A stretch of 64,000 bases of DNA. It comes from Rhynchopus sp. YZ270_cl-10 (Eukaryota). The translations under genes and the position numbers were made by a program. Below, piece by piece: positions 50,390-61,208 of the stretch. The notes under the pieces are model-generated. The model saw nothing but the letters and a program-made list of their open reading frames with translations. It was not told where the DNA came from and ran no database searches. The stretch covers positions 1,054,001 through 1,118,000 of the forward strand of contig OZ037836.1 of assembly GCA_964035575.1 (NCBI GenBank). The letters are read 5' to 3'. Position 1 is the first letter of the stretch. Each line of letters starts with the position of its first letter.

Positions 50390-53077
50390 ATGAGCAATGC
50401 GGAATGGATGCGCCCAACGAAGAGAATTCGTCGCGATTACGGGGCGTGGCGTAAAACAGAAATCGAGGAGCAGGCGGAGATGCGGGGGATCGGAAAGGGG
50501 AATGGGAAATCGTACCTCAGCAACCCGAAGCTGCTCGAGGCCTGCAAAAAGTACGACGAGCGGAAGGCAGCCGCAATGCGTTCCGCTGAAACAACCGCGG
50601 CGCTCTCGCTGGCGCCGGAAGGGTCGACCTTGACCCAGACGCCGATTTCGGCGCCCCTCCCTGTCCCGGGCCTGAAGAAGCGGGCCGCCAAGCGGGAGCG
50701 GGAGTCGTACACGGTGGGGGAAATGCCTGCCGAAGCGCCCACCCCCCAAGTCTACCTTGAGGTAGACCCGAGGAGGGTGGACAGCGAGGAGAGGGAGAGC
50801 GACAGCGAGGAGGAACACGCCCGCTGCCAGCTGAAGAGGGTGGTTGTTCCTCCCGTGCTCCCCGACCCCGACACCAACCGCGTCCCTGACACCGACACCG
50901 ACACGACCATGGCAGCCCCCGCCGCAGTACCGCATGTGGACGTGGATGAGGAATCAGAGGGAAGTGCGGATGAAGGCGAAACGGGGGGTGAAGCTACTGC
51001 CTTGGGAATGAAAGCTGCGACCCTGAAGCGGTACATGTCGGAGTACCCGTGGTTGGTCGTCGGAGGCGGAGAGGCGCGCTGCAAAATTTGCAACCAGACC
51101 TTCCTGAATAAGGCTAGGTTCAAGGACCAGGTGTCTGGACATGCTGACCGGAAGAAGCACAAGGTTGCACAGGAGAAGATAGGTGTGGAGGTGCTGAAGA
51201 GCCTCCGGGACAACCCCGCCCAGCGCAAGGTGAATAGCTTCGCCCGAGCGCAGTTTTGCAAACTTATACAAACAATCTACTTCCTCGCAAGAAGCGGCGT
51301 AGCTTACACCGACAACACCTCTTCCTTTTTGACATTTTTTTCCTCTATCCTGTCAGATGCGGATATGCAGGACTACCTGACACACGATACCAACTACATC
51401 TCGCACACAGGCATAGCTGATATCTTGCGTTGCTTGCGCGAGGTTTTCATGGAGGATATCAGCGCAGAGGCGAAGGCCTCCCCTTACTTTGGTATTTCGG
51501 CTGACTGCAGCAAGGATGTCTCAAGGGTACAGCAGCTCGTTGTTGTTTTGAGATACCTGGTGAATGCGAAAGTGAAAGAACAACTCGTGCACATCGGGGA
51601 GCTGAAGGATACCACTGGCACCGGCTATGCAGACAAGATCGAGAAGGTGCTCGAAGATCTTGGTGTGGACAAGACCCGCTTGGCCGGAGTTGCGTTTGAT
51701 GGCGCTGCGGCGATGCGCAGTGAGTTGCGGGGGGCGCAGCAGCAGATTCGTACTAGGTGCAATGCAAATGCACTGTTTGTTTGGTGTTGCGCGCACAGTT
51801 TGAATCTATCATGCCTCGATTCTAAGGAAGGGAACATCCTCAAGGTCTTCACTGTACTCAACTGGCTCTGGGTGTACTTCTCTGCTTCCGCCTCCAGAGA
51901 AGATGTCCTGGACGATCTGCTGTCCGTGCCCGGGATGAAGGAGACCGAACAGGAAAACCGCAAAAAACTGGTGAGGCCCGGGGAGACACGGTGGCTGAGC
52001 ACGGGGAGGGCAACGCAGGTCGTAGTTAGCCAGTACAAGGCTATCTGCGCCGCGTTGACAAAAATATCCGCAACGGATATTGAGGGGACTTCAATACTAA
52101 ATGCCATAGTATTCCCCGAGTTCTACGCAGGACTCCTCCTCGTGCACGACGTTCTCCAAGAGTTGAACGTCCTCAGCACCACCCTCCAAAGCCGCAGTAC
52201 ATCAGTTTTTAACGTGTGCACCTCCATCGACGTCGCCATCTCCAACATTGCCACCATCGACACGCACCCCGCGCTGAGCCCCACCTACAGCACGTGGATC
52301 GCCTCTTTTGCTAACCAGACGAACAGATATCTGCATGAAAGTAACTTTGAAAAGTTTCATTCAGAAACCTCGCACCCCTACCTCAAAAACCTCTCCACGT
52401 CATTAACCGACCGGTTCGCTAATGTCAATACAGTACGACTCTTCTCTATTTTTGATGGGACACGGCTCAGGGAAGAGGGGTATGGAGATAAGCAAATAAA
52501 GCAGTTGGTTGAGTTGTTTGCTGACTATAAGCAGTTATCGTACCGCAAGTATGCGATCACCGGCGAGCTGTGCCCGAGTAGACCCGTCTACCACAAAACC
52601 GAGTTCTCGACTGTGACCAAGGTTGGTGTACCTCTCCTGCAGATTGACATTAATCATTTTACTGCGGAACAGAAGGAGGCGTTAGGGGAGCTGGGTTGCA
52701 GGCAAGCATCGGCACTTAGGGAGTGGGTTGGTATGCGACGGGTATTCTGTCAATTGCAGGGTGACATTACCGAAGGTGACGTACAGTATTTTCTTAACAC
52801 TGAGCACGGTGACAGCTACCCCACGATTAAGCAGTTGTTTCAGTTGGGACAGTGTTTGCCTGTGACAAGTGTTGAGGATGAGCGTCTCTTCTCTTTGCTG
52901 AAGCGGATAAAGACAGACCTGAGAAACAGGCTCTCTGATGAAAACCTGTTTGCCATCATGCTTTGTTCCTTGTCGGATCATGGGGACATTCTCCCCGAAG
53001 GAATTTTAGAGCGCGTGATTACAAAATTTAATGCGATAAGGCCCCGTACTCTGTTCATCAAAGCAGTGGCTGCGTGA
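50390..53077 (+). CDS. hAT-family transposase (895 aa from the first ATG)
   Basis: Zn finger CKIC..H..KKH, catalytic SADCS and FDGA, CCAH (CxxH), TRW, VEDERLFS and a C-terminal hAT dimerisation motif (IKTDLRNRL). Confidence 0.95.
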   Translation: MSNAEWMRPTKRIRRDYGAWRKTEIEEQAEMRGIGKGNGKSYLSNPKLLEACKKYDERKAAAMRSAETTAALSLAPEGSTLTQTPISAPLPVPGLKKRAAKRERESYTVGEMPAEAPTPQVYLEVDPRRVDSEERESDSEEEHARCQLKRVVVPPVLPDPDTNRVPDTDTDTTMAAPAAVPHVDVDEESEGSADEGETGGEATALGMKAATLKRYMSEYPWLVVGGGEARCKICNQTFLNKARFKDQVSGHADRKKHKVAQEKIGVEVLKSLRDNPAQRKVNSFARAQFCKLIQTIYFLARSGVAYTDNTSSFLTFFSSILSDADMQDYLTHDTNYISHTGIADILRCLREVFMEDISAEAKASPYFGISADCSKDVSRVQQLVVVLRYLVNAKVKEQLVHIGELKDTTGTGYADKIEKVLEDLGVDKTRLAGVAFDGAAAMRSELRGAQQQIRTRCNANALFVWCCAHSLNLSCLDSKEGNILKVFTVLNWLWVYFSASASREDVLDDLLSVPGMKETEQENRKKLVRPGETRWLSTGRATQVVVSQYKAICAALTKISATDIEGTSILNAIVFPEFYAGLLLVHDVLQELNVLSTTLQSRSTSVFNVCTSIDVAISNIATIDTHPALSPTYSTWIASFANQTNRYLHESNFEKFHSETSHPYLKNLSTSLTDRFANVNTVRLFSIFDGTRLREEGYGDKQIKQLVELFADYKQLSYRKYAITGELCPSRPVYHKTEFSTVTKVGVPLLQIDINHFTAEQKEALGELGCRQASALREWVGMRRVFCQLQGDITEGDVQYFLNTEHGDSYPTIKQLFQLGQCLPVTSVEDERLFSLLKRIKTDLRNRLSDENLFAIMLCSLSDHGDILPEGILERVITKFNAIRPRTLFIKAVAA

Positions 53078-53774
53078 CAAGGATAAGGTGGTCGCGGACG
53101 AGGTTTGGTCGTGATTGTGTTTTATGCGGGCACTGTTGCCCTTCCCCCCTTTGTTATTTTACCCACCCCAACCTTTGTGTGTAGCAACACCGGTATAGTT
53201 CCCTGTTTCCTTTTTACCCTCACCCCTCCCATTAGATACATGTGTGTAATCCCCCTGTTGTCAATTCCCTATTGTATTCCAAATCTTCCCCCTCACAGAC
53301 GTAACAAGCGTTTTACCTGTGGGCACAGTAAAACCACACAAACTGGACAGTCTATTTTCTCCCCTGCCTCTCCCGTGTTAGTGTTGAAAAAGGAAAAAAA
53401 AAAAGACAACTGTTTTGTGGGACACCGGGCGCGAAATTCTCACATTCCGCCGGAGGCCCCCAACTTGAGCTAAGGTGGGGACCCGGGCGCGCGAAGCGCG
53501 CCCGGGCTCGCCACACCTATACAAAAACCCGCAAAACCACAAAATCTCACCTATTTTCAGAGTTAGGTGAGATGCTGGGAAACACTGGCTGAAAAAAAAA
53601 AAAATTTTTTTTTCCCCCTGACAGGGCCTGTGCTCGAAAAAAAAATTTTTTTTTTCTGTGGGTGAAAAAGACATGTCGAAAAAAAAATAAAAATATAGTC
53701 GCCCCCGGCGGGCCCTCGCCCTTTTCCCATGATTACCAGCATAAAAGCGAGCAGAATCAAAGCGAGGCATCTTC

Positions 53775-54281
53775 ACAAGAAATGAGAGAACTTGTGCACA
53801 AAAAATGCCTACCCGCATCTGCCCAGAACATAATTTTTTTCTCTTTCGGCCAGTCCTTGTGGTCCATCAGCTAACTTCAGGCAGGAAACGGACACGTATC
53901 CGTCCTGATTTGTCGTGGCAACATCACATTAAAGGTGTGCTTCTTGATGCCCTCTCCATCACACCAGTACAGGCAGACTCCAAGGTGGTTGTAGGAGCCC
54001 TCGTTGTAGAAGAGCTGGTTGGGCTCCTCGGGCAGCATTGGGAGCTTACCCTTTTGTTTGTAGTCCATGACTACAAACAAAAGAGGGGGTGCACTGATCT
54101 GCTGCTTGTGGAGGGTCTGGATGGCGGCGGCTTCCAACCTGTGCGTTCTGACGGTCATCAGTGCCGACAGAGTCCGTCTCAGATCCTCCCTGGCGATGGG
54201 GGATAGGCGCGTGAGGTCGGCAGAAGAAGAAACAGAAACAGAATTAGAAGCAGTCTCAGAAAAGGGAAGATCCCGTGACAT
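53775..54281 (-). pseudogene. Degenerate Sola-like DDD transposase fragment
   Basis: VVMDYKQK..LP......FY....YNHLGV, then after a frameshift IMFWADAGRHF. Consistent with the 4-bp TSD of the host element. Confidence 0.55.
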
Positions 54282-54519
54282 TGACTCTTCAGAGTTCCGT
54301 AAAGAGGAAGATCAATTTTGATATTTGTGTGTCACAGCCCCCCCAAAAAAAAAGAGAAAGCGCACAACATGTAGTAAGTGTGACAAGAAGGGTCACAACA
54401 GCCGCACTTACAGAAAAACTAAAGTAAAGAAATCATTGGTTCAGATCATTATCATATCAATAATGGGGCGAGGGCCCGCCGGGGGCGACTATATTTTTTT
54501 TTTTTTTCGACATGTCTTT

Positions 54520-55014
54520 CAGCCCCTCCGCTACGTTTTCAGATTTTTTTTGAGTTCTGTTGCGGGGATTTTTTTTCACCCTGCGCCAGTGTCTTATCCA
54601 GGAATTCAGATTTCAAGATTGGGGGGTCAGCTTGTTTTTGTGCCCAAAAAATTTTCAGCACTGCTGACCAGGGACATTGGGACACAGGGAACTGTATTTT
54701 TTTTTGCGGAGCAAAAAAAAATCAACCAAATGGCGCCGCAGGCGAAAAAAAAAATTCGGGTACGGTGTAAAAATCTAGCCTTTTACAGCACAGAGTCACA
54801 CACCGAACCCTTTTTTGCGGAGCAAAAAAGGGAAAATGGCGCCGCAGGCAAAAAAAAAATTGAGGTACAGTCTGGATGGTGCAGTCAGAAACCCAGTTCC
54901 CCATGGTATCCTGTGGTTCAACCATGGAATTTTTTTTTTTTTTTTTTTTTTTTTTTCTTTTTTTCAGACTTCTGTTGCGCCGCAACAGAACTTTATACGG
55001 TAGCGGAGCCCCTG
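54520..55014. mobile_element. hAT-type MITE
   Basis: Imperfect TIR CAGsssCTCCGCTAC. 8-bp TSD ATGTCTTT. Confidence 0.8.
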
Positions 55015-56309
55015 ATGTCTTTTTCACCCACAGAAAAAAAAAATTTTTTTTTCGAGCACAGGCCCTGTCAGGGGGAAAAAAAAAATTTTTTTTTTTTTCA
55101 GCTGAAAATTGTCTTTGCCAAAAAAAAATGTTTCGCGGTTTGAAACGTGGGGGGGCAAAAAAAAGCCACCCATACTAAAGGATAAAACAACAGCGGAGGG
55201 GGGGAGGAGGGGTTTTGTTTTTGTTGGAAAATTGAAACCATACCCTACTTTCCTTTTTATGTTTTTCCCCCACCCCCACAAACAATAAAGCAATAAAAAA
55301 CAATAAGGACAAGCTGACAAGCTGCGTTCAACGAAAAACACTCATTATCTTCCTGAGTAATGTTCTAAAGATTAGTTGGTGCTAAGTCGAAGTCCTTCAA
55401 TTCTGCCTCACATTTTTTGTATGAGTGACATAGGAAATAACGTGTGTTTGGGAGAGGGTGAACCCTTTCCCTTACTGTGCGGGGAGGGGGGAGGTGCTCA
55501 TTGGCGGGGACCAATGAAGTACAGATTTTTTTTGAAAGAAAGATGGAGTTGCCCACACGGTGAAAAGCAAATTGACTTGGCTTGTAGTTTTGCTTTTGTG
55601 GCTTTCGCCGTTGGCTAACGGTGAAACCAACAAAGAAAAACCACCATTTACTTCACCGTGATAAGACACCTCCTGAAGTAAATATAAGGGAAATCTTGTG
55701 AGATGAACATGCCTCGAGTGTACACACGGTTGTCAGGTCCAGGTGGGAGAACAAAATTGGGAAAAAAAATTGGGTGTTCATTGAGTTATCCCACCATGGT
55801 GTGGGCAACTGCTTCTCTCCCAGTGGGTGAGCTTAGGCACACCCACCCGATTGTTGCTCTCCCAATTTGCTCTGACACCTGGATCTGACAACTGTTGCAT
55901 ACCAGCTTTAAAACTAATAAAAGAGAAGTTGAAAGTGAAAGCGCTTCATCACAAAGAAAAGAATGCCCTGAAAAATATACAGCGCGTGTGTTGCACCCAC
56001 TCCACTGATACGGGACCAATGAAGTGCGGGAGGGAGGAGGAGCGGGGTTTAGCTATTGTTCTGTGTATTTTTTTCTTTTCGCATAAAAAAATTGTTGTGA
56101 TGTGGTTTTCGCATGAAAGCAAAAGAAAGAAAAATATTTCAAACTTGGTGTGTTTACCCAACCGATTCTCCGTGGTTCTCCCGTAGGTGCCCCGGTAAGG
56201 GGGTATACTCAATAAGGGAGGATACCATTTTTATTTTAATTTCCCTTACAATTTTGGAGGGGAAAAAACACACCAACACACAAAACGCTAATGGTAACTT
56301 TAAAAAAGG

Positions 56310-56717
56310 CCCAGTCCTGGGCTGGACGTTAAATTGCATCCGGGGGCCCTTTTGTGGCACTCCTCCTGAAACTCTATGAAGGTCTGACCTGAGGGTAAAA
56401 GGTGCTGGGTATGCTACCCTGGGTGCTGAAGGCAGGCACACAACATGTGTGGAGGGACCTGCAGAGCCCTAGCCAGTGAAGCCAAGGAGGCCCCCCTAGG
56501 AAACTAGGGAACGGATTGGAAGAGACCTCGCCGGTAGCCGGGAACCCTCCCTGGGCTAGTACAATGATGAAACTTCAATCTAAAGTCCACACCCATGTGG
56601 CGGCCGCTTTGGCATGCGTCTGTAAGGACAGCCTTGACTGATACTTTCTGTATTAGCACACGATTGCCTCCCTGAAGGCTACGTAGCTACCTGAGTACAA
56701 AAAAAAAAAAAAAAAAA
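56310..56717 (+). mobile_element. SINE-like short retroposon with poly(A) tail
   Basis: ~390-bp GC-rich body plus an A-tail. TSD AAAAAAGG. Empty site at 23924-23931. Confidence 0.85.
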
Positions 56718-57092
56718 AAAAAAGGACACACCTCCCCCATATATGGACCGATTTCCCATTAGCACCAATTCAGCAAAAGAGAGAAAGAAATTAGTTTTTA
56801 CGTACTTTCCTACATCTAAGATGAGAAAGTACAAGGGCGATCTATTCAGATACATCCAAGAGAAGGGAAGAAAACAAAAAGAAAAAGAAAAAGGGGAACT
56901 TACTATACTACGTTAAAGTCTTTGGCAAAACAGTAAGCAGCATTAAGAGTGCCACGTACTCCTCTCCCTTTAGTATTTTTTTTTATTCCAGAAAAAGAAA
57001 AATTTTTTTTGGTGAGGCGCCTTAACCGATTCCCCGTGTTTCTATCAGTTGTCCTTGCTCAAATGAGTAATTTTTCTCTTTTCGTTTCTTTT

Positions 57093-58691
57093 TTAGTTCG
57101 CGCATCCGATAAACAGCTTATCTGCAAACCCTGGGTCGATTTCGTGCGCTACTTGGAAGAGAGCCTCACAGAGATCGTCATGCAGGTTCTCCTTGCATTT
57201 GAGACTCCGCGTGAAGTATGTGTTCGGGCCGAAGAAGGCAAGCCGCAGAAAGCTGATGTCATGCCTCATGATCTTCGATTCGGACGAAAACGACGTAAAT
57301 TTGTCAAAATAGTAGTGGTCGCAGGAATGCATCACGGTGCTGGCCAGAAACGCGTTGGTCACCTCCGGTGTCCATCCGGGACGCAGCTTCTTGATGATGA
57401 CCCGCGAGGCCATGATGATGTTGTGTGCTGTGGAGTTTCTTGCGGCAAGATGGATGAATTTGTTTGCTGCCTCGTGGTCTGCGTGGCTTTGCCCGGTGGG
57501 GCGTGCACAGTGATGGATTGGAAGTCCTTGAGCGCCGTTGTGTGCCAGAATGTCGGCCATCACTGCAGCAGATCCTACTCCAACACCCCCATAAGAACCA
57601 TACATGGCAGCGTTGTTCATCCACTGTGTTATGTCGTTGCTTTCTTGCGCGAGGTCCCAGCGATCCGCAGGGTTGGTGGGGCTGATCAACTGCGCGGTTC
57701 CATTCGCCCACCAGTGGACATTAATGTGAGCGTACAACGCACCGATTGTGTTCGCAATGACAACTGCCTCCTCGATGTCGTCATCCTCCGGTCCAGCAAC
57801 ACGGTGCTCGCCAAGACCGTCCTCCATCAGAAGAGTCATGCCGAGAAACTCTTGTTTATCGTGGTCCAAATCGATGGTCGCATAGTTGATATTAATCACC
57901 GAGGTGTCTTGGAAGGGAAGACGCACATTTTCGAACCTCAAATGCCCCGTTTCAAAGTCCATCCAGGAGATCATGCCGGTATTTACCATTGCTTGGTACA
58001 TTTCGCAGCGGGTAGTTCTTCTCTTCGGCGAGAACCGCCCGATGTGCGCATACCGCAAAAAGACGCGGAAAAAGATGTTCAAAGGGTACTCCACCCCAAT
58101 GGTCGCCTGGTTGTAGAGGTACGCGCCCAGCTGCATTCCGTAGTACGAAGCAGACCTGCGCATGGCATAGGTGATGTTCAACCCCTTCGGCACCCACCGT
58201 CTGTTCAGCATATCCTTCGCGAAGGTAGCGTCCGTTGTGTCCGGGGCTTTCCCCTGCAGTGTAACCTGGGTTGTCATGAAGGGCGCCTTCTCAAAAGGCT
58301 CGATTGGGACTGGTGTGAGATTGTTGTTCCAACAAAGAAGCAAAAACGCGCCCAAACGGTACATCGTGAGAAGCAGAGGAACGGAGAGGAAGAGACGGCG
58401 GTACGATACCGTGGGAAACGTGAGCAGCTTTTCGAGCCAAGGGAACGACCCGAAAAGGTTGCGGAAGTGTCCAGGGTATTCCCGGGGAAGCGCTGCAAGC
58501 TCGGCGCAGCCACAAAGCAGAAAGACAGTCTTCGCAAAATTCGTCATAATGCCCCGCGGGTATGTGATGGCCACATCCTCGGACGTTGCAAAAGCATAGG
58601 CAAAGGCTGGCAAATTCGGTCTCCACTGCATCCACACAAATGCACCAACCCCTGCTGCGAAACCTACCCGATGGTCGAAGAAGTCCGACAT
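57093..58691 (-). CDS. Uncharacterised 532-aa His-motif protein, copy 2
   Basis: Intact paralog of 24960-26558. Motifs HINVH and HSCDH. Confidence 0.9.
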   Translation of the reverse strand: MSDFFDHRVGFAAGVGAFVWMQWRPNLPAFAYAFATSEDVAITYPRGIMTNFAKTVFLLCGCAELAALPREYPGHFRNLFGSFPWLEKLLTFPTVSYRRLFLSVPLLLTMYRLGAFLLLCWNNNLTPVPIEPFEKAPFMTTQVTLQGKAPDTTDATFAKDMLNRRWVPKGLNITYAMRRSASYYGMQLGAYLYNQATIGVEYPLNIFFRVFLRYAHIGRFSPKRRTTRCEMYQAMVNTGMISWMDFETGHLRFENVRLPFQDTSVININYATIDLDHDKQEFLGMTLLMEDGLGEHRVAGPEDDDIEEAVVIANTIGALYAHINVHWWANGTAQLISPTNPADRWDLAQESNDITQWMNNAAMYGSYGGVGVGSAAVMADILAHNGAQGLPIHHCARPTGQSHADHEAANKFIHLAARNSTAHNIIMASRVIIKKLRPGWTPEVTNAFLASTVMHSCDHYYFDKFTSFSSESKIMRHDISFLRLAFFGPNTYFTRSLKCKENLHDDLCEALFQVAHEIDPGFADKLFIGCAN

Positions 58692-59009
58692 AGGAAAGGG
58701 GGGAAAGGAGGAGGAGGAAATAAACTGGGTGTCAAGTCAGCAACGCGCGGGGGGAGCGAAGAGTAGTGGGGGGGAAGAGGAGAAAAAGAAAAGAGTGTGT
58801 GTTTCGAGAGGGAAACAATGTGAAAAAGAAAAACAAATCTGCTGCGGGTGGGTGGAGAATGGTTGGGTGTGTGTTGAAAAAGTAGGTGTGGGTGGGTAGG
58901 GTCTTTGGGTTACGGTCAAGATTATCCGAACCAGAGGACGCAAGCAGACATACTGCCAGAGACCCTCCACCTCGGGGAGGTGCTGCCCTGCCACCAACAC
59001 ACCACGTCG

Positions 59010-59924
59010 TCATTGTGCGTGTCTCCGTCGCTTCTGGCTTTGCTCGGGGGATTCGTCTCTGCTTCGTTTCGGACGTGCTTCAACCACAAGCTGGCTCAGC
59101 TTCTTGTCGTTCCTCACTTCGTTGGACACAACACTGCTGCAGCCGGAAAGGTAAATGCTCGTTAACGAAGTGCAGTACGCAGCAAAGTAAGTAGTACCAT
59201 AAGTAGTGACACAAATCGACGTCACATTGTGGAGTGGTGATAAATCTAGGGTGGTTAAGCTGGTGCAGTTCTGAAGGAAGCCTGCACCAACCTGCGCCAC
59301 GTTGTTGAGTGGAGATAAGTCGATGTTGGTTAAGCTCTTGCAGGCGACAAGAAAGCTGCGTTTAATCTGCGCCACATTGCTGAGTGGTGATAAATCGACG
59401 CTGGTTAAGCTCGTGCATCCGCAAAGAAAGCTGTCACCAACCTGCGTCACATTGCTCAACCCAGAGAGGTTGATACTTGTCAACGAGGTGCAGTGGGCCA
59501 GGAAGTTGAGTCCAATGTGAGTCACAATGGACTCAGCACTGAGATCAAGTCTCGTCAACGAAGTGCCTCCCAAGAAGTCATTCGGAATGACAGTCGCAAC
59601 CTCCGCCTGCAGAAGCAAACACGCCACCTCAGGATCCTCCACACTCTCCAACTTCTCGGCTGTGATGTCGGTCTCACCCAACGCATGAAGCTCTGCAATG
59701 GCTTCTTGCTTCTGCGTTTTCGTGAGGATGATTGTGTCACCAGCACTCAGCTGCGTCATGTCCGCTCCTTCTCCCATCGCTTCGTCTCCGAAACTCATGC
59801 AAAAGCCGTCTTCAGGCAACCCCATTGCAGTCGCCACCTTCCGCTGCAAGCCCTCCACTGTGTCATCTTCACCCACCTCGACTGTGTGCTGATTCGTGTC
59901 GAAACCCTTGATGTTCAGGTCCAT
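59010..59924 (-). CDS. Ubiquitin-like domain + LRR protein (304 aa), copy 3
   Basis: Intact paralog with 6 LRR units and an NLS-like tail. Confidence 0.9.
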   Translation of the reverse strand: MDLNIKGFDTNQHTVEVGEDDTVEGLQRKVATAMGLPEDGFCMSFGDEAMGEGADMTQLSAGDTIILTKTQKQEAIAELHALGETDITAEKLESVEDPEVACLLLQAEVATVIPNDFLGGTSLTRLDLSAESIVTHIGLNFLAHCTSLTSINLSGLSNVTQVGDSFLCGCTSLTSVDLSPLSNVAQIKRSFLVACKSLTNIDLSPLNNVAQVGAGFLQNCTSLTTLDLSPLHNVTSICVTTYGTTYFAAYCTSLTSIYLSGCSSVVSNEVRNDKKLSQLVVEARPKRSRDESPEQSQKRRRHAQ

Positions 59925-60809
59925 GTCTTTGTTGTGGTTTGTGTTCTGATCTCTGTGTGTGGTGGTGGGGTGTGGAGTACAACAAGCCTCAGTCCTTTTT
60001 CAAGAACCTTGCCAAAAACTGTCTGGAGAAGGGTCCCCCTCCCCGACCCACAACCCACAACCCCCGACTTCAGATCTCTCACCTCTCCACCCCCTCTCCC
60101 TGAACCAGCGCCCTTCACAGACGTTCCCTCCTCACGAAAGCAAACCCACCTTCCCCTGCCCCTCTCACGCACCCTTACCTGCCCCGTTCTGCACAAGAAA
60201 CCCGCACAGCCTCCACGCTGTCTCCACCCACCCCACGCAAGGAAGAACGCGTAGGGTCCGGTTGGGGTCCTCTGCCCGTTTCGCAGTGTGGAGAGGCTAT
60301 AGAGGAGCACACACTCTGCGTCGCTAAGTTGGGCGGAGGACCTAAACTTGACTTGAAATACAGTGTCCCTTTGGTGCATGACTTGAAACCATGCAGTCCG
60401 ACATCCATTTCGTGGTTCATATCCTAAAAAAAAAGGGGTCTTGTGGGGTGATATCCTTTTTTCCTTTTTCATATGAAAACTTGGTTGTTTAGTACAGACA
60501 CCCGAGGATGTGCTCCACTTTTCAACCCCATTTTTGTTTTTCTCGTCTCGAAACCTTTTGGGTGATGCGAGTACAGCATATAAAGTGGGAGTGATAGTGT
60601 GAACAACACCACTGGGATGTTGAACAACAGATATCATATCTTTCCACCAAAAAGCTGTGAAAGAAACTAGAAAAGGGGGAGGGGGGAGGGAGGGGAAAGG
60701 TGAAGTTGATAGTGCAAGACAACACCCTAGGTATAACCTAGGAACTGAAGTCCCAAAGAAGGGACTCTCAGAGCCCTCTCTCTCGGAGTGAAAAATATTT
60801 TCATCATAT

Positions 60810-61024
60810 GGGTGGCTTTTTTTTGCCCCCCCACGTTTCATTTCACGAAACATTTTTCCGCGGCAAAGACAATTTTCAGCTTTAAAAAAAAAAAAAAAAA
60901 AAATTCCCCTGACAGGGCCTGTGCTCGAAAAAAAAATTTTTTTTTTCTTTCCAGCTGAAAATTGTCTTTGCCGCGGAAAAATGTTTCGTGAAATGAAACG
61001 TGGGGGGGCAAAAAAAATTCACCC
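60810..61024. mobile_element. MITE of the 49213-55171 family
   Basis: GGGTG...CACCC termini with the same TIR sequence. ATAT TSD. Confidence 0.8.
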
Positions 61025-61208
61025 ATATGCAATCAATAAATTGATAGTATATGGTGAGGGATCAAAAAATGTCCCCATCTTTCTTTTTACATGTTTTGCA
61101 AAGAAAGAGGAAGATGGGAATAGGATGACCCTAAGCTGTTGTGCTTTGTCACTAAAAACTATAAACTAAAAACAAAAAACAAAAAACAAAAAAGCATTTT
61201 CATCATAT

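Larger units (their letters stand above)
49290..53587 (+). mobile_element. Full-length hAT transposon
   Basis: TIR CAGTGTTTCCCA / TGGGAAACACTG. Perfect 8-bp TSD GCTGAAAA. Intact transposase ORF. Confidence 0.95.
49213..55171. mobile_element. Sola-like element (GGG termini, 4-bp TSD) hosting three nested insertions
   Basis: TSD ATAC at 49209-49212 and 55172-55175. ~210-bp TIRs reassemble once the nested elements are removed. The core 53722-54465 holds a transposase remnant. Confidence 0.75.

Noticed and set aside
54325..54420. Zinc-knuckle-like peptide CSKCDKKGHNSRTY
   Set aside because: Short isolated remnant lacking the last Cys inside a decayed element. Not called as a gene.
56415..56492. 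Ingi/L1Tc-type HDV-like ribozyme signature in the SINE-like element
   Set aside because: Only partial word similarity (CAC..GTG, GAAGCCAAG). The P1 and P2 pairings could not be built.
56949..58766. 605-aa plus-strand ORF, and likewise 19546-20709 on the minus strand
   Set aside because: Antisense shadows of GC-rich genes. The equivalent frame is broken in the paralog at 24816-26261.
59915..60853. 312-aa minus-strand ORF upstream of Ubl-LRR copy 3
   Set aside because: It runs through repeats and a MITE end, and it is not preserved in the other two copies.
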